64,000 bases of DNA from Balanoglossus misakiensis (lineage: Eukaryota; Animalia; Hemichordata): assembly GCA_040954595.2 (NCBI GenBank), contig CM082583.2, forward strand, positions 4,269,374-4,333,373, in the 5' to 3' direction. This document shows, piece after piece, positions 54,401 through 64,000 of this stretch (position 1 is its first letter; the number at the start of each line of letters is the position of its first letter). The notes beneath the pieces are model-generated. The model ran no database searches. It was not told the DNA's origin and worked only from the letters and a program-made list of their open reading frames with translations. The translations under genes were made by a program, and so were the position numbers.

Positions 54401-57400
54401 GTTTCTAAACAATAGGGTATATTTCGTTCATCAACTGACTGACATAACCTTTGGAGTTTGGACATCAGTTTTATTTTTGGGACCAGTCAAATATCAAATC
54501 TATATCTACATTTGGAATTGAGACCAACAGAGATAATATTACGTAACTGCCTTACAAGAACCTGTTTTTAGATTTGCGTGATCAGATGATGACTTGCGTT
54601 GTAATCACATAATAACTGATTTATTTTGTAGACCTTGTACGTGGCTCGTAATCCTAAAGACACTGCAGTTTCTGGGTGGCATTTCACCAAAATCAACCAC
54701 TTCTTTGAGACCTATGATAGTTTCAAAGATTTTTTCCCAAAATACATTGAAGGTGATGGTAAGTTTGAGAATCCATACCATGGGTGTTTTTTCTTTCACT
54801 TTTAACTCCTAAAATCCTTAGTGCATTTTTAGCTCTCATTTGATATTATACACATTGACAGGCATGTGAAGGTATTTTAGGGTAACAGTTGTAGGAACTT
54901 TTTACCCAGTTGAGTAACATGTGATAACGTGATAAATGAAACTTACTTATATACATTTTTGAAATCTTTGTCTCTTTCACTTTGACTTTTCAGTTATATA
55001 TGGGTCGTGGTTTGATCACAATCTAGGATTTTGGGAACACAGACATGACTCCAACGTTTTATTTGTGAAGTTTGAGGACATGAAAAAGGTAGGGAAGACA
55101 AGATGTGTATTACTGACAATGGTGGACCCGCATCGGATGTATTTAATTTCTTTTAATTGAATAGATAAAAATGTAGTTGCGTGAAATTTAGGCCTACGCG
55201 TTATCTTGTTGATGAAGCTTCTGGTCTTGCCAAGCTAAAATCTCCCATGCTTGTAACTCCCTTGTTACTCTGTAATCGATCAAGTCTGTTAAATGTAATC
55301 TTTATTTAAAGTTGACCAATGTCAAGAGGTGATCCATGAAACAAATGTTATAACTATTCATTCACAAAGACTAGTAGTGTCTTGTCAGAAGTCTAACCTT
55401 GCAAAAAGTAAACAAATCAAAGACTTGCAAGTCGGCCTTGTTGAAACCTCCACACCCTGTAACAGTGGACACCTCACCATGACCCATTAAACTTTGTTGT
55501 TCCAATTCCTCCGAAACATATTCAGTCGCCCAGCAAACTAGTTTGGTTTAATATGCAAACATGGTATTTAGTGAACTTTGTGGTCCAGCGAGAAAACTGA
55601 TTAGGCAAGAGAAACGTATTGTTGGTGAGACAGGGGGAGGTGGCCGAGGGACATTTTACAAACTGGCCATGGATGACCTCTGGTCTGTTAGTATCCTTGA
55701 ATGAATTCCAACTTGCAAGAATGCATGCTACTTGGCTTTATAGTGTCACCTTCACAATTGGTTGACCCGCTTTAATAGCTAGTAAATCTTGGGGGGGGGG
55801 GGGTAGGATCACTCTCCATATCTCCCTGGTTTTGTATCATTTGCATGGGTTATCACTTGCACAACGAATATATATTTCTGATTTTAATTCTCCCATTCGA
55901 GTGCATTTGTGGGCTTGGTCCAAGGTTTGTCGCATGTTTTCTCTGTACATTCTGAATGGAAACGAGATCAGGTGATCAGTTCATGGTCTGTCTGATGCAG
56001 TCATGCATATAGGAATATGCAGACATGTCTAGTGTAGCACCTCATGGTATATGTTACTGGTAGTCTTTCACTAAATATATGTCATCCTTCGAGCATGATT
56101 GGTTTTCAAATCATGCTTTTTAGGTCTGCTTTCATTCAGGAGTTTGTTTTTGTGACTTGTTTAACCAGCATCCTTGAGCACACCATAATTGTAGATGTTA
56201 AGATTTTACTAACAAATTCGGGGGATAAGAAAAATATCCTGTGAGAATGTTAATTTGAAATGAAGTACATGTATAATCCTACCAGTTGATTTCTGACCTT
56301 GGATGTACAGGAAAAAAAAAGATCTTTTCATGGCATGAATTTTATGAACTTATTAACTGGAGTGGAGGGGTGGGTACATGCAATTTTGTACAATGTACCT
56401 ACCAACTCTCATAAAAACTGAATGGGTCAGTGAGTTCAACAAAGTAGGCCTCTCCATATTGTGTGTGTGATAAATTAAATCACACTGCATATGTCCTTCA
56501 TCCCAGCAATGTCATGCAAATGTAACATTTCCACTGGAGAACTTTGTTATCTACTTGAGCGTATACATTACTGTCTCCACAATGCAAAGGTGTAACCTCG
56601 AATTCAAAATGTGCTCTTTCCACAGGACCTGAAGGGCCAGATGATACGCATTGCTGATTTCTATGGCTATCCACTTCCAGTGGACAAGATTGATGCCAGC
56701 GTTGAACACTGTACGTTTGACAAAATGAAGAAGAACCCCATGGCCAATTATTCAGGAGCCCACTTCATCAACCACAAGAAAGGAACATTCCATCGGAAAG
56801 GTAAGATTTACACAAAAGGAATACATTCACCTCTAATTTACATATGCCCATAGCTGACTGAACATCTTAAAACACTTATTAGAATCAGTGATTACTATGT
56901 TTTGTACTGTAGGCCAGCAATATAAAATATGGCAAATGGAAAAAAATCAGATTGGCTTTGCGATAAGATTTCCTACACAAAATTTGCCATGTGCAGGGTT
57001 AGGACTTTTGAATGACCTGCTATTATCTATAGAACAAGATTTTACAAGAATAAGCAAGTTGACACTAAAAATGTAATTTATTTAATAGACCCTAGCCAAT
57101 TTGTCAAACTCCTACTCTCTCAAACTTGTGCAGCAGAATACTATGGGAGGAAAAAGCTAAGTTACACATGAAAATGTCAGGCTGACCAGTTTAGCTAGAG
57201 AAATGAAACATGGGACCGTTGTCATTCCTTGCCATGTGTTTGGCTAGTTCATGATTTGTACCCATTGCATATTCAATGAACAGGCTATTCACCATTTGAG
57301 AACAAATATGTGGGCCATACAATGCCTTGCTTACATTGAGTGACTTTGTCATTGCAGGCGAGGTCGGTGACTGGAAGAACCACTTCACTGTTGGACAGAA

Positions 57401-57470
57401 CGAAGTTTTTGATGCCTTGTATGAAGAGAAACTGAGGGGCACTGGCCTTACCTTCGACTTTGAGTTATAA
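51425..57470 (+). CDS. Cytosolic sulfotransferase (SULT1-like), 319 aa, 6 exons
   Basis: Exons: 51425-51647, 54033-54259, 54632-54758, 54994-55088, 56626-56800, 57358-57470. Motifs: 5'-PSB loop TYPKAGTTW, catalytic RTHLP, 3'-[32 protein letters not shown], and the dimerisation motif [16 protein letters not shown] at about 58364. Confidence 0.95.
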
Positions 57471-59528
57471 TGATAAAACTGCATTGTACAATGCACCGAA
57501 ACCACACGACCAGCTCAAATAACTGTCCTTTGATTCAATTCATCTTCTGTATAAATGATGTCCGTACAAGCGTCTTTTTCAATGTGAAAAGTTTGATAAA
57601 ACCTGATGCCATACCCATGCCATTTAGAGCTTTCATGAATCATGTAATGGAAATTTTTTCCCAAGAATTGTAACCATCAATTGTGATGTCAATATGCTGC
57701 AATACTAACAAGTGCATATACCCATTACCACTTCATGTACATTTCGAGTAAATGTCTTTGATGTCTACATTTAAATGTAGACATTTGGGCCACCATTTTG
57801 GCGATTGCATGGCCAGTAAATGTGACTTAAAAGCTACTACCAAAGCACCAGTAACTGCAAGTCTTAAAGCTTCTACAAGACTGCCTCTTAGCATTACTTT
57901 TCTGTGTAATTATTTCAAGCAAACCAGAACTTGCATCGCACGCCTAAATTGTCAATACAATTTATTTATCTGGATTCTCAATCCTTATTTAAATTACCAT
58001 GTATTATGGTCAATTTGTCACAAGCTATTTTGTATGGCATATTTAAAAGTAGTGGTTTTACACACCACATCTTTCAGGAATGACCAAAGAAGTATCTTTA
58101 AGACGATCGTGATCTTGGTAGGGCTGTGATGGACTCGTTGAATCAGTCTTGTTTGCCATCAGGTGGAAGTCTCGAGATAAACCATTGAAGCAAACCTTCA
58201 AATACAGATATCGAAGTGTATAATTTTTTTCCAATGTTGGTCTTGGTCTAATTGCATTATTCGTTCTTAAGATCTTTCAGAATTTAGTTTTCTAACGTCA
58301 TTCAAAATGTAACACAGAAATGTCCCATTGTCTTATCATTTCTAACGCCCTGATATCCTGTGTAATAAAATTATTTTGCACAAACTTACTTTTTATGCGT
58401 TTTCTTTCCCAATTTGCAATTGTATGCTGAATTTTCAATACATGCTACATAACACGCGTACATGTATGCCTAGGATTCAGTCTTCAATCATGTACAGAGA
58501 GGGATTTGTGCATGTGCATATTGGATGAGTACAGAGCAGGAGTCCACACATGGCTGTAGTTGTATAATACCCTAGGCCTATTGTACACTTTGCACCATGA
58601 AATTGTCCCATGACTCAATTTTCAAGCCACTGGACATGAAATTAAAGCAGGCAAGAACTTCATACAATGGTTATAGAATTATTCAAATTATTTTAATAGC
58701 CATATGTGACCTGTAATATTGGATATATATATTTTTTAATTTCATTCTGAGAATTTGGTGGGTGAAATGACTCTGAAGTGGGAAAGTGTGGGGTCAACCT
58801 GCTGATTTTGTTGTCGGGGAACCATTGTTTTTAACTTGTGTAAATGGTAGTGACCAAAAAATCCTTTTTGTAGGAGCTGTTTTATTGAGGCTCTTAACAA
58901 ATTAACATTCATGGTATAACATATGGCAAACAGGTTGGTTGTGGATGTACGTACTTTTGTTTAAGTGCATCAGAGGCAAGGCGTTCTCTGTCGAGATCTT
59001 TTAACACTTTCACCAACGAGATTTGGTCAAAGCCCATGGTAAAATCAGATCACTTCAGAAGGAAACGGGTGACCCTTTTCAGAATATATGCCTTCACTTT
59101 CCCCTCACCCCACCCCTTTTCCATAAATCTCTTGAGAAAATGCATAAGATCGCATTTTTTCCTATTGTCCTTGACCCAGCACCCCTACTACAGTACATTG
59201 AGAAATAAAATGGTCGTTAGATTGGCATCCAGTGCCCACCTGTTGGAATGTCTCCGCATGGGGTGTCATACCAAGTTGAGGCAGGGGTGGGAAGGGTATG
59301 TGGCACGCGCTGACGTGTTTTGACACCACCCAAACTACTAGTATTTTAGCGGAGTGAATTACTGTCAAACGTGATTTCTGTTTTGAGAAAAGGGAATAAA
59401 ATGACTATGTGCATGGATTTGGTCTGAAAACACTCGAATACCCGAGCTGCCAACAATAAACCCCCGCCATGAAACGCCCTAATCCACGAATTCACAACGA
59501 CCTTGGCCGCCACCATAGTCCCTCTGTG

Positions 59529-59556
59529 CATGGAGGTACTCTCTAGTACCTCCATG
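59529..59556. mobile_element. 28-bp micro-TIR insertion with a 7-bp target-site duplication
   Basis: CTCTGTG|CATGGAGGTACT-CTCT-AGTACCTCCATG|CTCTGTG: perfect 12-bp arms and a perfect 7-bp flanking direct repeat. Confidence 0.65.
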
Positions 59557-61265
59557 CTCTGTGCCACCACTTTATGCGTCTGTTTTGCACACTCTATCCG
59601 TAAACCACAACATAAAACAATATACATGTACATGTACAAGGCGTTAAAAATATGTCTCCAATCTGTAGAGCGCTTTCAATGTAAAAGATTTAGCCGGAGG
59701 ATTTTTGAGCTTCAAATGCTTGATACATGACCTACTGTAACACTTTTGATTCACCTACTAGTGGAATGGTGTCACGACATTTCACAGAGGATAATTGTAT
59801 CACCTTTAAAGACTACATTCATAGTTGTGGTCATAATATTGACACTCGTATGATAACTTCGTGACTTTAGATACATGCTGAAGAAATTACGAACGGGTGT
59901 GGTTTTCTGCATACCAATATACAATGTATTGTGAGGGAGCCAGCCCTCGAGCTGCAATAGGTGACGTCGTCTGCAAAATACTGGTCGGGCTTATAATGTA
60001 TCTACACGTTCATAGCGCAAATTCATCCCCAAATTATGTGTGCGCCCTCAACGTTTCAGCCGGCAATTTGCCACAAGACAAAATCACCTGGTTCGCGGCG
60101 GCTGACGTCACCATCCCACGATTCATTGACCATTTGTTCACAAGTTCGACAACTTGGACATGGAAGGGAGACTACGTGATATTTAGTCTGGTACATGGTC
60201 CTCTTCCTCATTTCTACCACATGGCTGCGCAGCCATCATGTATAAATGGGGAAGGGAGACCAGTCTGCCTGATTGCATGCTAAACTAGCCACGATTGGCC
60301 AAAACTGACCAAACTGCTACTGAGTGTTATACAAAGGGAAATGGGAAGGAGTTCAGCGTAGAGATGTTTTTTTTCCAGCTCACTCGAAATTGTTAGCATC
60401 CCTGTATGTGTTGTTTGCAATCTTTGTTTCAGTTGTTACGATCTGCATAAAGGTCAAATATGATTTTAAGGGTCAATTAATCCAGAGCTCGGAAATGTGA
60501 ATGTTTGGTAGATTTGATTTTATGTATTTGAAGTAGATAGGGAGAGCTGGTGTTTAACTGACTGCTCTGTTTGTCAATCATCATCGAACTGACTTTGTTA
60601 TATAACGCTTTATGTAAATTGGTACGTAGATAGTTGAATTGATGCCCAATGAAATTATAACACATTGTATTTGTCATATTTACATGTTCAACCACGCCTT
60701 GAGAAAAGTAATTATAGGACAACTTTGTTTCCAAAGTTGTTAGAGAATAATCTAACGGGAGATGGGAGTACCTCAGGCTACTGAGTTCGTTCCCTTCCTC
60801 ACGTACTTTACTGGGCGTATTTGATGTACTGGAGTAATTCTCGACAATAAATGAACGTGAATCAGATACGTGTCTCCGTGGATCACTGTTCTCGTCAGAG
60901 CCCGTTACCTCGTCGCTACAGATTCCCCGATGCATGAACAAAGATTCCAGCGGTAATACAGTCAACACTCATTTGGTAATAGGTACACAGTTTTCGACCA
61001 AAGCTACCTCCCTCTCAACACCCAAGGATAATTCGTCTTAACCACAAAATGAAAGTGGTAGATAGAAATTAATAGAGACATCGACAAATTCATTTCTTTT
61101 AAATTTTATTTTGCAATATAACATAAAATGGAGCTATGAATCCGAGAAAGAAACTTCAGGACGAGTACTTGACACACTTCTATTAAACATGAAGTCGTTG
61201 CAAGATTTGAATTCCCTGCATTGTGTACGGAATCAGATACAATCACGAACACACAAACATGGTCA

Positions 61266-64000
61266 TCAGGTCTTCATCTTCACCACCTTGGCTCTATGCC
61301 ACTTCATCAGCATGTCGAACTTATCCAACAATTCACGGAGAGATACTAACCGCGAATCCATATCTGGAAACTTGCACACCGTTGCAAGGCAGCGCTGCTC
61401 TGTACACGTCATCTGTCGCTCCATGACGTCGTGAAATTTCAAGACTACGCGAAACGTCATTTTGTCATACTCCGGGAACATGGCTTCCCTGACTAGAGAG
61501 GTTGGGAGTAGGATGGTGCCGCCGCGATGGACGCATGGAATTTCGAAGTTCCGCAGCGCTGATGGAATGTATGGCCTGAACAAAAGCCCAATAAGAACCC
61601 GTATTTCGAGTTCGTGATAAAGAAGAACCGCAACATCAAACCAATGGTACTTGTCTTTTATACACTGCAAGAAACCTGAAATTGTGAGTTTGCCACATGG
61701 TGTGGTCACACAGCCGTAGGGTGCCGTTACTCCGTTAATACTGCGAGTCTCTTGGGGAGGCGTTTCTTGTTTGCCTGAGACGATAGATATGTTGCCGTTC
61801 TTATTAGAAGTGGTCACAGTTTTCGCGGGATGTTTTCCTTTTAATACTTCATCAGACATTGGAGATTCAACACCCGAGCCTGGTAACTTTCCACGACCGC
61901 CACAATCACTACGCTGTTGCTCCTCCTGTGATATGGATCTGGAATGACATGAGCTGGTTGTATCAAAGTTTCTACTTAACTTCAGCAGTTTTTGTGGAGG
62001 CTCCACTTGATTAGTTTCAGGTGGAGAGTCGCATTTCTGTAAGACCTCCGTCGGAACTATTGATTCAGCAATTGCCTTTTCTGGTGGACTTGGAATGTCG
62101 ACATCTTCAAAACTGTTCTTTCTCTTTTGCTGTCTTGTGCTCAGACTAAGTTGAGGCGCCTTTTGATTGGCAGTGCCCAGGAATTCCTTCTTTACATGCA
62201 TACCGCTCTCTGCAGTTGTTCCTGTGTAAGGTTCACTTCGATCTTCAAGGTCCGGGAACTCCTTTTTGACACGCACATCACTTGTCGTTGCTTCTTTGCA
62301 TGGTTCGTCCAAACAGTGCCTCTCTGAATCATCAACAGGCTCTTGTTTGACCGAACATCTCGCCGTACTGTTGCCTTCCACATTGGTCTCTTCTGCGAGG
62401 TCAGTACTTGTACACGTGGAAGTGGGACTGCCGCCGTGGCTGTACTCCTCCGTTGGCTCCAGTTTGATCCTGACCGTCCCCGGGGCATAGTCATGTGCAC
62501 TTGTTCCCTCTTCTGTCATATTGGGAGATTGGGACTCAGGAGCACCGGAGCGACACTCGGGATACCTGCTTGTCAAATCATTCTCGGAGTACATTTCACA
62601 GTGACCGCTGCCCAAGGCCTCAAGTGACTTTATAGGTTCTATCTCGCCGTTTACCTGATCCACGCATTCTGAAGGCTCTGAACAAGTGGGGTAGTCCAAG
62701 TCTTGTATTTCTGCCTGTGACAATATCTGTTTGGTACTGTTTATTTCTCCGACGCTTTTTCTTGGTCCTGTGTTCCCGTCACTAGTACTAGTGGTCATTG
62801 CAGAAGGGGTTGACAACACACTGTCATCACACAGAGGTTCTTGTTTAATGTTGATACCTTTGAGACCAAGAGCATAATCATCATTTGCAAGGCCCTTGGC
62901 TCCTTCTGGAGAAGGATCTCTTTCTGACTCAACTGAGTCCTCAACGGATTTGCGTATTACTGGCTTCCCGTGGCAGATGATAGCACCTCCACGCCCGGCA
63001 ATTAGTGGTACGGAGTCACAACAGTTCTGGGATGCGTTATCTGGTACTTCCTCTTTTACACTTATCTTGAGTATCCCGTCGTTGTCATCACATTTTCCGT
63101 GGTCAACCTCTTTGATACTGGGCTGAAATGTATCTTCATCGCCAACTGAAGTTTCTGCTTTGGTTCCATTTTTGTTTTCTGATGTGAGTTCCGCTGAAGG
63201 AGCATCAACAAAGTGCTCATTATTTGGTGGTGAACCACGATCCCGCTCTCGGGGAGAATCTTCGTTCCTGTCAGGAACATCGCCCGCCAGACTTCTAACA
63301 TCTACTATCTTCACTTGCGACAATCCATCACTTCGATTCCACGGTTTCGACGTCTGTGGCGTGGTGTGCTGAAGAAGTCTCACCAACTCCCGTCTGATAT
63401 CCGGAGGCATAAAGGTCAGGTGTTGATACAGTTTGAACAAACTGTAGTCACTCGAGTTTTCCTGATCAACTGTCCTTGCAGAGTCCACGTTTTGCATATC
63501 TTGCGATTGACACCACGTATCCGACTGCATACTTTGTGGTGTGAAATCTGGTCCTTCAATGTAGGACCTAGGTTGGTATGATGGAAGAAACGGTTCAGGT
63601 ACATTTGTAGGCGAACATGCTGGATTAGTTAAGTTATCTGGGTAATGTGGTATATTATTTTGTCGAATAAACGGCGAATGTGGCTTGTTTGACCTCCCTT
63701 CAGAAAACTGCGGATATTGATCTAGATGTGGGTCTAAATATGAACGCAAACTCCCTCGATAACTTCTGCCATCTTGTAACGAGAAATCACAAGGCATTCT
63801 CTCTTCCCTGAAGTGTGGACCGACTTGTCCCTGGACGGGGTTGTGGCTTTGCATAAAGGGTGGCCGTTGAGACCTAGAATCTGTATAATACAGACTACTG
63901 ACACTGCCAGGTGCTTTTTCCACTGGCTGGGGGAGCTCATACGCCGTGCCCCTCTGAGCGTCCCTGTCAACAGCATTGCGGAGCTCGGTAGAGAATGCAC
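61266..64000 (-). CDS. Uncharacterised nuclear protein, large terminal exon (over 900 aa, 5' end outside the window), with a putative Ski/Sno/Dac-like C-terminal domain
   Basis: The reading frame is open from the window edge to TGA at 61268-61266; the listed ORF start at 63923 is a GTG with open frame upstream. A long disordered region carries six psi-K-x-E motifs and is followed by a compact C-terminal domain. AATAAA lies on the minus strand at 61110-61105. Confidence 0.85.
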   Translation of the reverse strand, partial: AFSTELRNAVDRDAQRGTAYELPQPVEKAPGSVSSLYYTDSRSQRPPFMQSHNPVQGQVGPHFREERMPCDFSLQDGRSYRGSLRSYLDPHLDQYPQFSEGRSNKPHSPFIRQNNIPHYPDNLTNPACSPTNVPEPFLPSYQPRSYIEGPDFTPQSMQSDTWCQSQDMQNVDSARTVDQENSSDYSLFKLYQHLTFMPPDIRRELVRLLQHTTPQTSKPWNRSDGLSQVKIVDVRSLAGDVPDRNEDSPRERDRGSPPNNEHFVDAPSAELTSENKNGTKAETSVGDEDTFQPSIKEVDHGKCDDNDGILKISVKEEVPDNASQNCCDSVPLIAGRGGAIICHGKPVIRKSVEDSVESERDPSPEGAKGLANDDYALGLKGINIKQEPLCDDSVLSTPSAMTTSTSDGNTGPRKSVGEINSTKQILSQAEIQDLDYPTCSEPSECVDQVNGEIEPIKSLEALGSGHCEMYSENDLTSRYPECRSGAPESQSPNMTEEGTSAHDYAPGTVRIKLEPTEEYSHGGSPTSTCTSTDLAEETNVEGNSTARCSVKQEPVDDSERHCLDEPCKEATTSDVRVKKEFPDLEDRSEPYTGTTAESGMHVKKEFLGTANQKAPQLSLSTRQQKRKNSFEDVDIPSPPEKAIAESIVPTEVLQKCDSPPETNQVEPPQKLLKLSRNFDTTSSCHSRSISQEEQQRSDCGGRGKLPGSGVESPMSDEVLKGKHPAKTVTTSNKNGNISIVSGKQETPPQETRSINGVTAPYGCVTTPCGKLTISGFLQCIKDKYHWFDVAVLLYHELEIRVLIGLLFRPYIPSALRNFEIPCVHRGGTILLPTSLVREAMFPEYDKMTFRVVLKFHDVMERQMTCTEQRCLATVCKFPDMDSRLVSLRELLDKFDMLMKWHRAKVVKMKT

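Noticed and set aside
60477-60968. 163-aa minus-strand ORF
   Set aside because: Non-ATG start, downstream of the upstream gene's poly(A) signal, and no recognisable motif or splice support.
1-64000. CRISPR arrays, tRNA/rRNA genes, autonomous transposase or reverse transcriptase ORFs, U12 introns
   Set aside because: None seen; all modelled introns are ordinary GT-AG without the GTATCCT signature.

Overview
AT-rich, intron-rich animal genomic DNA with GT-AG splicing throughout. The gene content suggests a non-chordate invertebrate, possibly a hemichordate or echinoderm (inference only). Six protein-coding genes can be built by hand. (1) The 5' part of an alpha-arrestin (ARRDC-like, minus strand, runs off the left edge). 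(2) A 12-exon RAF/KSR-family pseudokinase that lacks all three catalytic motifs and resembles KSR3, with two alternative coding first exons. (3) A complete 16-exon cactin gene (minus strand). (4) An uncharacterised 208-aa protein head-to-head with cactin. (5) A 6-exon cytosolic sulfotransferase with an NLS-like N-terminal extension. (6) The large last exon of an uncharacterised protein rich in SUMO motifs with a Ski/Sno/Dac-like C-terminal domain (runs off the right edge). Non-coding DNA holds many small non-autonomous DNA transposons (Crypton-like, Harbinger, pogo/Tc2, Kolobok-like, and ultra-short TIR elements with target-site duplications) and a compound microsatellite. The best leads are the regulatory design of the KSR3-like pseudokinase (swappable first exons supplying a C1 zinc ligand, and a beta-catenin-like DSGIHT degron), the two orphan proteins, and the 19-75 bp micro-transposons. 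All assignments come from reading the sequence; no database searches were run.
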